Origin: Yuukianura sp. NJ FZ-2021
Taxonomy: Eukaryota
Assembly (NCBI GenBank): GCA_046563655.1
Contig: CM102285.1
Coordinates: 14,818,001-14,882,000 of the forward strand
DNA length: 64,000 bases
Direction of reading: 5' to 3'
This document shows, piece by piece, positions 1 to 13,300 of the stretch (within the stretch, counting starts at the first letter, position 1; every line of letters begins with the position of its first letter). The notes beneath the pieces were generated by a model, which was given only the letters and a program-made list of their open reading frames with translations, was not told the DNA's origin and made no database searches. The translations under genes and the position numbers were made by a program.

Positions 1-193
1 CCTCAAAATAAAAAATCCTCCAATTTTCAAAAATCCTCAAAATCCCATAAAAACTTTTTGAAAAACGATTCCAGAATCCTTGGATTCTGCAGAGACAAAT
101 AAAATATTTGTGGCGTGTTTTGTGTTTGTGGTGAAAGGAAAAGAAAGTTTTTGTGCTTCTATTTATTTGTAGAATAGCAAAATTCTAAGGGAA

Positions 194-1394
194 ATGGGTA
201 AATTAAAATTTAAAATTAAATGAATTAATTGTTTTATAATAGTTTTTAATTAGTTTTAAAACTAATTAATTGTTCTAGGGGGTGATGAGTCTTGGGTGAC
301 ATTTGTGAGTGATGAAAGCGAGGCTTGGGCTTCCCTTGCTCTTGCGAGATCCATCAAGCGGACTTTCTCCACTAAAAAGTTGACGGCATTTGCAACTGAT
401 GCTGTCTCTCCTGCTCTCAAGTGAGTCTATTTAAATGTAAATTTAATTCACATTTAAATTAAATAAGTTAATTAAATAATTACGTTATTTTAATATATTT
501 ATATTTTGTTAGGTTTCTTCTGGAAGATGAATTTGACCTTGTAGTGACCGTGACCTCTACGGATCTGCGCTCTGAATCTCTGCACGGATCTTTGGCTAAG
601 ATTTTGTGCTGGAAGTTGGCTCCCTGGAACAAGTGTGTGTATGTCCATCCCAATTCTCTGGTAAGGTCAACGTCAAAGTTTTTGCAGGGTCAAAGTCAAA
701 CTTTTTGCTGGGTCAAAATCAAAGTAAAAGTATTTTCTTGACCAGGCTAAAAGTTTCTGCAGGGTCAAAGTCAAAGTCAAAGTTTTTGGTCAAAGTTAAG
801 AGATGACATTTAACCAACATTTTTGTCACAGGTTTTGGAAAACTGCGATGAATTGTTTCGAAAAGACGAACTGGCAAGTACTTCCGGGGATACTTTGTCG
901 CTTTTTGTGTTTCGTCCGAGTGCTAAAACGTTTTGGAGTCTGTTGCGTGCAGTTGAGAAGGGAAACTACGCTGATTTTGGAGAAGTTGTCCAGGAAAAGT
1001 TTCCAGGAATCAAGCGAAGAGTACTGGATGAAAAATATGGTGCTGCAGTGGGAGAAGAGGGAGTCAAAGTTGGGTAATGTTTAGAAATTTTTTTTTTAGT
1101 TTTTCAAAATCTTTCAAACTTTCCCAGTTTTCTTGATTTGGGCTTTTTCCTTTTCCAGGTCCAAGGGTCTCAAGCTGATCAACTTTGTTCAGCATCCTTG
1201 GAAAATGGACGGATCGAAGCAAAAGAAAATGGCGGAAGTAAACACCATTTTCGAAACTTACAACAAATAAGTTTCAAAATTTTATCGTTTTTATAATTTT
1301 GTTTGGTTCTAAAATTACTTTTTTGTAGAACTTTCTTTCCGTTTGGCATGAAATTTATTTCGGAGACGTTCTTCCGCTTGTTCAAAATTTGAAG
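194..1394 (+). other. N-terminal glycogenin-like (GT8 fold) pseudoenzyme domain, about 227 aa, exons 1-6 of the PKS gene
   Basis: Spliced translation MGGDESWVTFVSDESEAWASLALARSIKRTFSTKKLTAF...AKILCWKLAPWNKCVYVHPNSLVLENCDELFRKDELAS...FVFRPS...KLINFVQHPW...FLSVWHEIYFGDVLPL is colinear with glycogenin (AFVTL..[65 protein letters not shown].IF...VLPL). Confidence 0.85.
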
Positions 1395-4300
1395 GTAGGC
1401 AGACTCGCATCTCTGATAGTTGAATCATTAAATTCTTTCATTTTTCAAAATTTAAAATTATAATTATTATTTTTTTAAAAAAACTTTTTCAAAACACTTT
1501 TTTTTAGAAAACTGAAATTCGCCAAGCGTTAGTTGACTCTTTGGCTTCAAACGGCCTCCCACCAGGAACCTCTCCGCGTGACGCTCCAGAAATTCTGATT
1601 CCAGAAGAATTGTCCGACGCCGTGGCAATCGTTGGCATGAGTTGTCGTTTTCCCGGTGCAAATTCTGTTGCCGACTTCTGGAATTTTCTGATTGAAGGCC
1701 GAGATCCGATTCGGGAATACCCGGCAGATCGTCCGAACTACACCGACTGCCTCACTGACGACACTTACTTTGGAGCTGGATTTCTGACATGCCCAGTTGA
1801 CGAATTTGATGCTAAATTCTTTGGAATTAGTCCGCGTGAGGCTCCATTTGTGGATCCCCAGCAGAGACTTCTGCTGGAAGTGACTTGGGAGAGTCTGGAA
1901 GACGCTGGAATCAATCCGCACACGCTCAAGGAGTCTGACACTGGAGTGTTCATGGGCATTTGGCAACAAGACTACGATCGCTTTTTGCCCAACAAAGGCT
2001 TAAGTGCGAACGATTTTCATCATAGATACCTCGGAAACGCTTTCAGCGCCACGGCATCACGAATTTCGTACCATTTGGGGCTCAATGGACCGTCGCTTGC
2101 ACTGGAAAGGTCAGACACGCTGAATTCCAAAATGTTCAAATTCAGAAACCCCAAACTTCAAAATCCCAATATTCAGAAACCCCAACTTTAGATTTAGAAG
2201 CCCCAACTTTAGATTCAGAAACCCCAACTTTAGATTTAGAAGCCCCAACTTTAGATTCAGAAACCCCAACTTTAGATTTAGAAGCCCCAACTTTAGATTC
2301 AGAAACCCCAACTTTAGATTCAGAAACCCCAACTTTTAAAATGTCCTGATTTAGGAAACCCCGAATTTGAAAATGTCCCCAGATTCAGAAACTCCAACTT
2401 TGTCAACTTTAAAAATGTCCAAATTCAGAAACTCGTTTCAGAATACCTACTTTTTCTCTTTTTTTTCTAATTTCAAAATTTTGAAAAACTTGGAATTTTG
2501 ATTTTTGGTTTTCAGCGGTTGCTCGTCTTCAATGGGAGCGATTCACTTGGCCTGTCAGAGTCTGCGCCGTGGGGAAACAAATTTGTGCATCACGAGCGGC
2601 GTCAATTTGATTTTGATGATTTTGAATCCACTTTCTGGAGATGACAAGGACACGGTTGTGCTGTCCAACGACTATCGCTGCAAAACGTTTGATGAATGTA
2701 TGAACAATTTGCAAATTTTGAATTTTGAAACTTTCTTACAAAATTAAAATGCTTGGACATTTAAATGTTGACGTTCTGAATTTTTAGACTAGTACCACCA
2801 ATGAGATGAGAAATCTTCGCTTTGAATCGGAAGTTAATTGAATTCTTTAAAATTTTAGCGGCCGACGGATTCGTTCGTGCTGAAGGTTGCGGAGTTGCAA
2901 TTTTGAAGCGCTACGCAGACGCTTTGCGAGAAGGAGACAAAGTGCTTGCGCTGATTCGTGGATCAGCGCTCAACAATGATGGGGCTGGAACGAGTTTTGG
3001 AACTCCACACGCATGGGCACAGGAACGCGTCATTCGAGACGCTTTGGCTGATGCGCATGTCCATCCTTCTGAAGTGAGCTACGTCGAGGCCCATGGCACT
3101 GGAACGGTTGTTGGCGGTAAGCTTAAAATTTCGAAAACTCAAAAAGTTTTTCAAAAAACTTATAAAGGTAATAATTTTGGTAATTACTGTGCAAAAGTTA
3201 ATTAATTTGGTTAATTAGATCCAACGGAGATGTATGCCATAGGGCAGGTTTACTCTGAAGGAAGAGTGGATCCTCTGCTCGTCTCTTCCGTCAAGACAAA
3301 CATTGGACATGCGGAAGCAGCCGCAGGAATTGCAGGTAAAAATCACATTAATTAACAAAAAATTTAAACATTTAAATCAAGGTTTTTAGTACTTTGGAGA
3401 AGTAACTATTAAAAAAAAAAGTTGGAAATTCGAAAACTGTACTTTTTCTGAGAAGAAACAAAGTTTTTTGACTTTTTTTTTGTATTTCCATTTCCGCTTT
3501 CTCATGTAACTTTACTTTTTAGTTACTCCCTCCGGGAAGACATTGAACCTCCTCCTTCATTAACGTTTCAGTTTCAAACGTAATAATTTCACTCAAAATT
3601 TACAACTTTGTGTCAAATTTTTTACTTTTTCAAAAAAAAAAAAATCGCATCGTTTCAATTAACATTTCTTTGGTAAACGACCAAAAACATTTTTTTTTTT
3701 TATAAAATCCTTTCTTTTTTTCTAAAAAAAAAAGTCTTCGAAAAAAATTTATGAATTTTGGGACCACATCTCGTGTACAACTTAAGACTTATATTGAAGT
3801 TAGTTAATTTTTTAAACAATTTTTTGTTAGGCGTGATGAAGGTGATTTTGTCAATGAAAGCAAAAACGCTTCCGCCGCATCTTCATTTGAAAACGCTCAA
3901 TCCTAGGATAAACCTTGAAGCGATTCCAGCAATTATTCCAGTGCAGGCGACACCGTGGCCGACTCCTTCCAGCGGCGGAAGTCGAATCGCTGGAGTGAGT
4001 TCATTCAGCATGAGTGGCACCAACGTTCACATGATCATCCAAGAACCCCCTCAACCCCGTACCCCCTCAACCCCATCCGGAAAACCCCAAATGATTTCGA
4101 TCTCTGCCAAGTCGGAAGAAGCTTTAGAAGAGTTGCGGAAAAAGTACATGGACTTTTTAGCCGGAAATCCAGGAATTAACATTGACCAATTAGCGTTCAC
4201 TACGAATGTTGGACGAGCTCATTTGTCCAATCGCTTAGCAGTTGTGGGAAAAGACGTTACGAATCTGATTTCGAAATTGGAGAACAGAGGATATGTTACG

Positions 4301-7300
4301 GGCAAGGTCACCCAGAAAGCGAAGATTGGATTTTTGTTTACGGGTCAAGGGTCGCAGTATGTCAACATGGGAAGGAATCTGTACACAATGTTTCCAGCAT
4401 TCCAGCAAGCTTTTGACAACTGCTCGGAACTCTTTTCGGAAAAACTCGGAATTAAACTGGAGTCGGTCGTGTGGGACGGCGAGGGAAAACTTCTGGACAA
4501 AACGATTTACTGCCAACCGGCAATTTTTTGCTTACAATTTGCTCTGCTCCAGCTCTGGAAGTCGTTCGGTATCGAACCGGACTTTGTTCTGGGACATTCG
4601 GTAAGTAACCGACCATAACCGACTATAATGTAGCGTTTGGGGACAGTCTCAAACAGTTTGGGAGCAGTTTGAAGAATTGAGCCTGATAGCCCAAAGGTTA
4701 GAGTGCTTCCCGGATAGAAGAGAAGTGGGGTCGAATCCCACTCGGTCTCTTATTTTTTTTGCACACTCGTTTTTTGTTTCTCATTTCATGTTACCTCTGA
4801 ATATCAACATAGTCGCACATAATCAATTTGACTGCTTTAGGTCGGTGAATTTGGAGCCGCAGTAGCCACTGGTGTGCTGAGCTTGGAAGACGCCATGACG
4901 TTAGTCGTTGAGCGAAGCCGATTGGTCGATTCGTTACCGCACGGAAGTATGCTAGCCGTTAAGGATTCAGCCGAAAAAGTAACAGCAGCTATTAAAGCAT
5001 TTGCTAAAGCCGGTGACGGAAACGATCGAGCACTGGATGTCGCTGCGATCAATTCAGCTGAAGAAGTCGTCGTTTCTGGAAGTCCTGGAGCGATTGAAGA
5101 ATTTTCAAAATTTTGCGCCAACAACTTCGGTGGACTCAAAACTCAGCTGATTCCAGCCTCACATGCTTTTCACTCGCGTCAAATGGACCAAGTTTTAGAC
5201 GAATTCGGATCCGTCGCTGAATCTGTCACAATCAACCCACCAAAAGCAACTTACGTCTCAGGAACTTTAGCTCGAGTGATGGAATTCAGCGATTTCGGAC
5301 CGGATTACTGGAAACGACATCTCCGCGATACCGTTCGGTTTTCCGAAGCAATCAAGTCCCTTTGGTCATCCGAATGCAAAACTTTAGTTGAAATTGGCGC
5401 TCAGCCGATTCTACTTGGCCTAGCAATGGCCAATATCACGGACAGTCACAACGGCAGTTTCTGTCCATCGCTGCGACGCTCAGAAGAAGACTGGCTGTCC
5501 GTTTTTACTGCTCTGAGTAAACTGGAAGTGGCTGGAGCTGACATTGATTGGTCCAATTGGTATGGGCGGGGCTTAAGGAAAATTGACCTGCCCCATTACC
5601 CGTTCCAGCGTCAAAAGTTCTGGTTTGTAAATGAAGATGGCGGGAATGGATTCAATTTGAATACGCGCTTGCTCCACCCACTTTTGGGGAGACAAATGCC
5701 CGCCCCCCTTTCGGACAACATTTTCTGCCATACGCTGCGGGTCAAAGAAATCACGTGGGTGGAAGATCACAAAGTGGCTGAAAGAGTCATTTTACCAGCA
5801 GCAGCGTTTCTGGAAGCGATCATGGCCGCTGGAAGAGAAGTGCTCCAATCAGGTAATTTCAACAGTTGAAACCACATTTGACCTTTGACCTTCATAGTTG
5901 ACTTTTGACCTGGTTGACCATTGACTTTTGACCTATATTGTTGACCCTGGACTTTTGACCTTCATAGGTACCTTTGACCTTTATAAATTGATCCTTGATA
6001 CTCATAGTTGACCTTCGACTTTTATAGTTGACTTTTGACCTTCACAGCTGACCTTTGACCTTCAAAATTAAGCTAACTTTTCCTCAACTTCAAAACTTGG
6101 GCTGCTGATACTTTCAAAGTTTGACGAACCTCAAAATAACGGAACTTGACCGCAGTTGACCTTGACGTCATTAATAAATTGTTCTGACCTCAATTTCAAA
6201 AGTTTACCTTTGACCTGCAAAAGTGCACTCAGTGGTGACCTTTCCATGAAGAAGGGTCAAATACGTTGAATAACTGTTTCAAATAATTTGTAGTTTTAAC
6301 AATTTTACAATTTCAATTTCAGGCGGCGTTCAAGTGCCACTTACCGTGATGGACTTAGCAGTTGAAGCAGCGCTGGAACTGAGCAAAGCTTCGCAGATCC
6401 AAACTATCGTCAGTTCGGCCAGCGTCGAAGACGGAATTCAGTACAAAGTCGGCATTCATCGGCAAATGTCGACCGAACAACCGGACAAATGGAAGCGACA
6501 TGCAACCGGAACCTTTTCTCCAAGTACAAAACTTCCAGAAACGATTCAAGTATCGCTGGACGAACTTAAACAAAAACTAAGCCTCAAAGATTCAGTTGAA
6601 AAAGCTTATGCCACAATCGCTGAAATCGGAATTCAATTCGGACCGAAATTTCAGTCAATTTCAAAAGCATGGACAGGTCCGTCCGAAATCCTGACGGAAA
6701 TCGTCCTTCCCGAAGATTCCGTCCATTATATCGTCCATCCAATTGTAATTGACGCCATGATCCAAACATTTGCTTTTCGTTATGCCTTGACCACTCAAAC
6801 TCCACAGAAGGAACTCCAACTGCCAATTGCAATTAAAAAGTTTGTTTGGCTCAGCAAAGAACCGACTGCGCAGCTTTATGCGCATACTGAATGGGGGACG
6901 GACGGTTCAGAAGGGAATGTGAGTCTGTATAGTTCCAGCGGCGAGAGATTAGCGATCATGGAGGGGCTGGAATTGCTCAAAACGACGGTCGACAGTTTCA
7001 TCCGGACGCTGATTACGGACGGGGCTCATTTACCGGACTTTTTACACGAAACTTGGCGACCGGCACACGGTTGGACGACGAACCGAATCGATCCGAGTGC
7101 TCTACCGGACGTTACCCGAGACATGCCGAATGTGGCCGAAACTTGGGCCGATGTTGATGCTTTTACACAAACGGAATGGAAAGGCTACGAACTTGTGAAC
7201 GACATGTTTTTTCAGTTTCTGTGCCGGTGAGTTTTTTGAAATTTTTGGCGGTCGAGATTTCGAAATTTTGAAAGATTAGTTATGTACAAATTTCCAGTTC

Positions 7301-10300
7301 TCCATTAGTTTTTACCAGGATTAATTGGTTTTTACTTAAAAAAAAACGGGTTTTGGTATAAATGATTGTTTTTTCTTTGAGCAAATCAAAATTTGCAAAT
7401 TCCTATAAGCACAAAAAGTTAATTTTTTCAATTTTTTTTCGCCTTTTGTAAATTATTTTATATTTTAGGGATTTAAACCGAATTTTATTGCAAAAAATAC
7501 CGCCTGGTTTAAATCAACAGGTTTAAACTAAACTAACCCTAGTTTTTACCCATTTTTTTTCAATACGCAGGAGCATCCAGGAGTGCGGACTTCCATGGCC
7601 CGTTGGCCAAAAAATTTCGCACTCTTCTTGGACAAGTATCATCAGCGGCCAAATTCAAGTTTCGAAAATCGTTCGCGCCTATTTCGACATTCTTAGAAAA
7701 GAGAAATATTTAGACGTTGACGGCGACACTGCTTTGGTCCTCCGACCACTTCCGACAATTGACGACATCGAACGTGAAATCCGCGATTTGTCGGAACGTG
7801 CCGAACGGATTTGTGCCAACGACGACGTCATTTTCCGATTCGCCAAGCGGATTGGTCAGCACATGACTTTAGTCTTGCAAGGCAAAATGACTCCTCTGGC
7901 TTTACTTTTTCCCGACGACAAAAACGAAACCGGCGCGTCAAAAATTTACAGCGATTCGCGTTGGTACATTCTCAACACACGATTGGCCATTGCTCTCCTG
8001 TCAGATGCCGTTACCGGTTTGGAAGAACGCGGGAAAGGCAGAATTCGAATTCTGGAAGTCGGAGCTGGAACGGGAGCTTCGAGTGTCAAATTAATGGAGC
8101 GCCTGCGTGAACTTAATGTTCCATTTCACTACACTTTTACAGATATTTCACCTTTGTTTCTAGCCGAAGCCCGCCAAAAATATACAAGCAAAGACATCAC
8201 TTTTGAAATTTTGAATATCGAAGAAGATCCGCTTCCGCAAGGATTCGCACCGGAACAGTTTGACTTTATCATTGGCATGCAAGTGGTCCATGCAACCCGT
8301 GATTTGACCGAATCCCTGACGAACATGCGCAAACTGCTCAAACCGGACGGAATGCTGCTGATGCTGGAGCAGTTTCAGTCAGTATACTTTCTGTCGCTCA
8401 GTTTCGGACTTCTGGATGGTTGGTGGCGATTTACTGACTTTCGCCAACTTTCGCCAATTGTCAGCGCTCAGGAGTGGACAGATTGTGCTCACCAGGCTGG
8501 ATTCGATCGCGTGACGGCCGTGCAAATGTATGATGACACCAATGGAGCTATTTTGGCTAGAGCAAGTACTGCGCCAGTATTCAAATCTCAAGTTGCCCCA
8601 GGACCAATCAGCGACGACCATCGACCAAACTGGATTCTGATTGGCGACGGAACTCATCTTGCCCAGGAATTGGTCACTCGTCTAAGAAATGTCAACAGAA
8701 AGGTCATCCAGGTCAAACTGGAATTCGACAACGGCGACATTGGGATGAATGTCGCCGGAGACGAAGTGACATTGAATGGACTCAAGCCGGAAGCGTTTCA
8801 AGAATTTTTTGAGACTTTGAAAGACCAAAAAGTAGAAGCAGTTGTGTTTATGTGGACGAAATCGCGTGTGGACGAAGAAATCGCGCCGGTTCAGCGCACT
8901 CTCTGCGCAGGTCTGCTCCATGTTTGTCAAAGTTACCAAACGTATGTTCAAAAGCTCAAGAAAAAACCGAAGTTGATGCTGCTGACTCGCGGAGTGAACT
9001 ATATTGGAGATGCTGCTGCTGGTGACCCTACGGGAGCTGCTGCTCTGGGATTGGTCAAGAGCTTCTCCAATGAGAATCCAGAACTGCTCATCCAGACTCT
9101 GGACATGGACCAGAATGAAGAAGATCCAGAAGCGGAAGTGGTCGAAGTATTTTCACATCTCTGGACAAAAGAGAGAGAACTCTTTGTAGCGCTGCGTGAA
9201 GGAAAGAAATTCCTGCAGCGATTGGTCACTACTGAAAAGAGATCTCAACCAATCAACCTCCCGAATGCAGACAGGTTCGATTTTTAGTTTAATTACAAAT
9301 TACTTTTTAAAAGTATTTCAAAATTTGGACGCCACTATGAAAAAAAATGCTTGTCAATTAAAACAAACTGTATAAGGCAAGATAACCTGAATTGGTCCGT
9401 TCTCGAAATCATGAAATATTCGCGCTATAATGTGCTAATTACTACTGAATTTGACTGTAATTACAATTAATTACTTTGTAGTTGTTGTGTTTAGGTTAGG
9501 TTCGTTAAATCTTACTGGCAAAAGTTAGTAGTAGGATATTTAACAAGCTATTTGCCAGTGTAATTGATGTAATTACTGATGAACTTACGTCTAATTACTT
9601 TGAGAATTACCAGAAATTGCAGAATCAGAAAATATTAGACAAATTACAGTAATAATTGTAAATTGTTGCTTTACCTTATTACTTTGTATTTTTCACTTTG
9701 TATTTTTATGAAAATTTTGACTGGCAGAAGTAGTAAAATCAGGAAATATTCACCAAATTGCAGTAATTAGCCAATAATTGATGTAATTACTGATGAACTA
9801 ACGTGGGAATTACTTTGAATTACTTTAGGTTCAAGCTGATCAACCCAGCGAGTGGGGCCTTTAACGACATCGAGGTGGGGCCAATTCCAAAGCAAGAGCC
9901 AATCAAAGACGAAGTTGAACTGGCCATTGAAGCCACAGCACTCAACTTCCGCGATCTCTTCATGATTCTCAAACCAGAAGGATTTCCAATTCCAAAAGAT
10001 CAACCGCTCGAAGTCGGACTGGATATTTCTGGAACAGTGACTGCTCTTGGACCAGACGTCAAAAACTTGCAGGTCAGTGACCTTTGACCTTCAAATTCCA
10101 AATATTTGACCTTTGATCTTCCAATTTCTCAGTATTAGACCTTTGACCTTCAAATTCCATGTCTCCAAATTCCAAGTATTTGACCTTTGACCTTCAAATT
10201 CCAAGTATTTGACCTTTCAGTTTCCCAGTATTTGACCTCTGACCTTGCTTTGACCTTTTTTTTATTACAGGTCGGAGATGAAGTTTTTGGATTTACTTCG

Positions 10301-13300
10301 CACGGTGGCCTTTGCAGTCACGTCGTCGTCAGTTCCCGTGCTTTGATGAAAAAACCGCCAAACATGACTTTTGCCGGAGCGTCAACGATTCCTTGTGCCT
10401 TCCTCACTGCTTACTATTCGCTAATCCAAGTGGCCAAAATGACCAATCAGGATCGCGTTCTCATTCACGTTGCATCAGGCGGAGTTGGACTAGCAGCGAT
10501 TCAAGTAGCCCAGCACATCGGTACTGAAATTTATGCCACTGCAGGGAGTCGGCGCAAAAGAGCTTTTCTGCGTTCCCTGGGCATCAACAACGTCTACCAC
10601 TCTCGAAATACTGACTACGGTGAAGGGATCATGCGCGATTCCCACGGCGCAGGCGTCACAATCGTCTTGAACTCTTTGACTGGACCGAATTTCAAAGAAA
10701 CTTCTTTGGCTGCGTGTTGTGAGGGGGCCCAATTCATTGAAATTGCTAAACTGAATATTTGGAAACCCGAAGAAGTGACGGCCCTGCGTCCAGACGTGAA
10801 GTATTACATCATTGATCTAGCAGAAAAAGTTTGGCAAGCACCGGAAGATGCTGGCGACATGCTGGCCGACATGAACTCTTATTTTGACAAAGGACACTAC
10901 CGCGGATTGCCTTCTACCGTGTTTCCACTTGACTTAAGCCGAGAAGCTTTTTATCACTTTCAAGAGGCTAAGCACATTGGGAAAATTGTTGTGAAGTTGC
11001 CCAAGGTTACGGTGTCACAAGAAGGCAGAATCAAGTTGGTCCATCACATTTTTAACAGTCAGAGTACTTATTTGATCACGGGGGGACTTGGAGGCCTTGG
11101 CATGGAAGTGACAAAGTGGATGACCAAAAATGGAGCTCAAAACATTGTCCTTGTGGGGCGCACTCCACCGATTCCTCGTGCACAGGAACTGATCGACGGT
11201 TTGAATTCGAGCGGGAAGAGAATCGTTGTGATCCAAGCAGACGTGGGAGAATTTGAGCAGTGTGAGAAGATTTTGAGAAGAATTGAGGAACTGGAAATGC
11301 CGCCATTACGAGGAATTATGCATGCTGCGGGAGTAATTTCGGATGCGATTGTACCAAATCAGACGTGGGAAAAGTATGAAAGTGTTTTACGGCCGAAAGT
11401 TTACGGGGGATGGTACTTGCATAATCTGACTAAATCGTTTGACATGGAATTCTTCGTGATGTTTTCATCTGGAGCGGCAATTATCGGGGTCATGGGTCAA
11501 AGTAACCATTCGGCTGCAAATAGGTACTTGGACTCTCTGGTTCACTACAGACTGTCGCTAGGACTCAAGGCCACAACGATCAACTGGGGAGCATGGAGCG
11601 ATGTAAGGAAATATTTCAAAACAATCTAGAAATTAAGGAAATATTTTTTTAAAAAAATCTCCCAATTAAGGAAATATTTTAACACAATCTCAAAATTAAG
11701 GCAATATTTCACAGCAATCTCGAAATAATGGCAGCCAAATTATTCAACTTACACATTACCAGACTTGCCAAAAATATTTCGTTCTCATGCATGTAGTGTT
11801 AACGAAATCAATATTTCGGGTCTTTTTGTTACTGAATATTTTTTTTTATTGTTTGCATTAACTTTTTGCAAAATGAAAATTTATAAACACTTGGATGAAA
11901 CTTAATGACTAAAGAAAGAATATTTTGTATATTTTATTTATTTAAATATTTATTTATTTACCCATTCCCTTAATGTTGAGTTCGTAAATATTCCGAGCTT
12001 TTTCATTGAATTTCGCTGGTTTTTGGTAAATATTTTTGGCAGGTCTGAACATTACTTACACAACTATTTTTTTTATGTTACCACTATACCTGTAAGTAAT
12101 AATAATAATATTTCTGAAGTACTCAAGCAATGTTTAGTTACATAAGTGAATAATTTGAGTAAATAATGTAAAACAGGTGAAAATGTAAGCATAGTGTAGG
12201 ATAAGAAATTACTGGTACATACTGCAACTTTTGTACATGAATGACTCACTTGATTTTGGACTAATTTTTTTTAGGTTGGCGCTGCAGCCCACATTAAGTT
12301 GGGTCAAGAAGGAGCCATTGGAATGCGATCTTTCACTCCAGCTCGTGGAATCGCTGCTCTGGAAAAGATCATGCGCGAAGGAGACACTCAATCCGTTGTG
12401 CTGGACGTCATTGACTGGAACATTGTGAAACAATTTGTAAATGGACTTGGAAACTACTTGGACGAAATGAGATCAGACAAAAGTGCTCTGGACAACTTCT
12501 CTGAAGAATATGCCAAGATGGTCGAAGAAATCAAAGCATCGCCTCCAGAAGAACGCCAAGAGAAGATCCAGAACTTCCTGGAAGCCATTTTGAAACAAAC
12601 ACTAAGACTTCCTGAAAATGAAAAGATCGATCCAGATCAAAATTTCAGTGAACTTGGAGTAGATTCTCTGATGGCCATGGAGATGCGCAACAGATTGCAG
12701 GGAATGCTGGGTGACAAGACACTCACAGTCAGTTCTTTACAAGAAAATCGTACACTGCGCAGCCTGTCCACGCATATGGCCAATCTGATGAACTCCGATT
12801 CTGCTCCGATGGCTCCGTTATCCGAACTTGTCCGAATGGACTCCATTTTGCCCGATGACATCCGAGCGGCAGAAGAGGGGCCTCGGAAACCCTCGGAATT
12901 CAAATCAGTTTTGTTGACAGGGGCAACAGGTCACCTTGGTTTATATTTTATCCCACAACTTCTGTCGGCCAATCAAATTGAGACTGTGGTGTGCCTCGTG
13001 AGGGGTAAGGATCAGGAGGAAGCTCAGACGCGATTGGTCAATGCCATTGGACGATATGACCTCAGTGACCTCGTGGACATGTCTCGTGTCCGGGTAGTTG
13101 TTGGGGATGTGTCCAAAGAGAACTTGGGCATGAGTCCGGAAGAGTATGACGAACTTGTTGGCAGTGTTGATGCTGTTGTCCATTGTGCCATTCGATCAAA
13201 TCATCTGGACGGTAAGACAAAAAATATAAAACTAGGGATGCAGTGTTGGGTTTCGTTTCCGTTTTCTGCTAAAAACGGAAACGGAACGGTAGACCGGAAA

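Noticed and set aside
2111..2332. Minus-strand ORF with (GFLNLKL)n
   Set aside because: Translation of the intronic 21-bp minisatellite, not a gene.
2140..2400. Regular repeats resembling a CRISPR array (also 30365-30685 and 50695-50915)
   Set aside because: No unique spacers, eukaryotic intron context and no cas genes; these are minisatellites.
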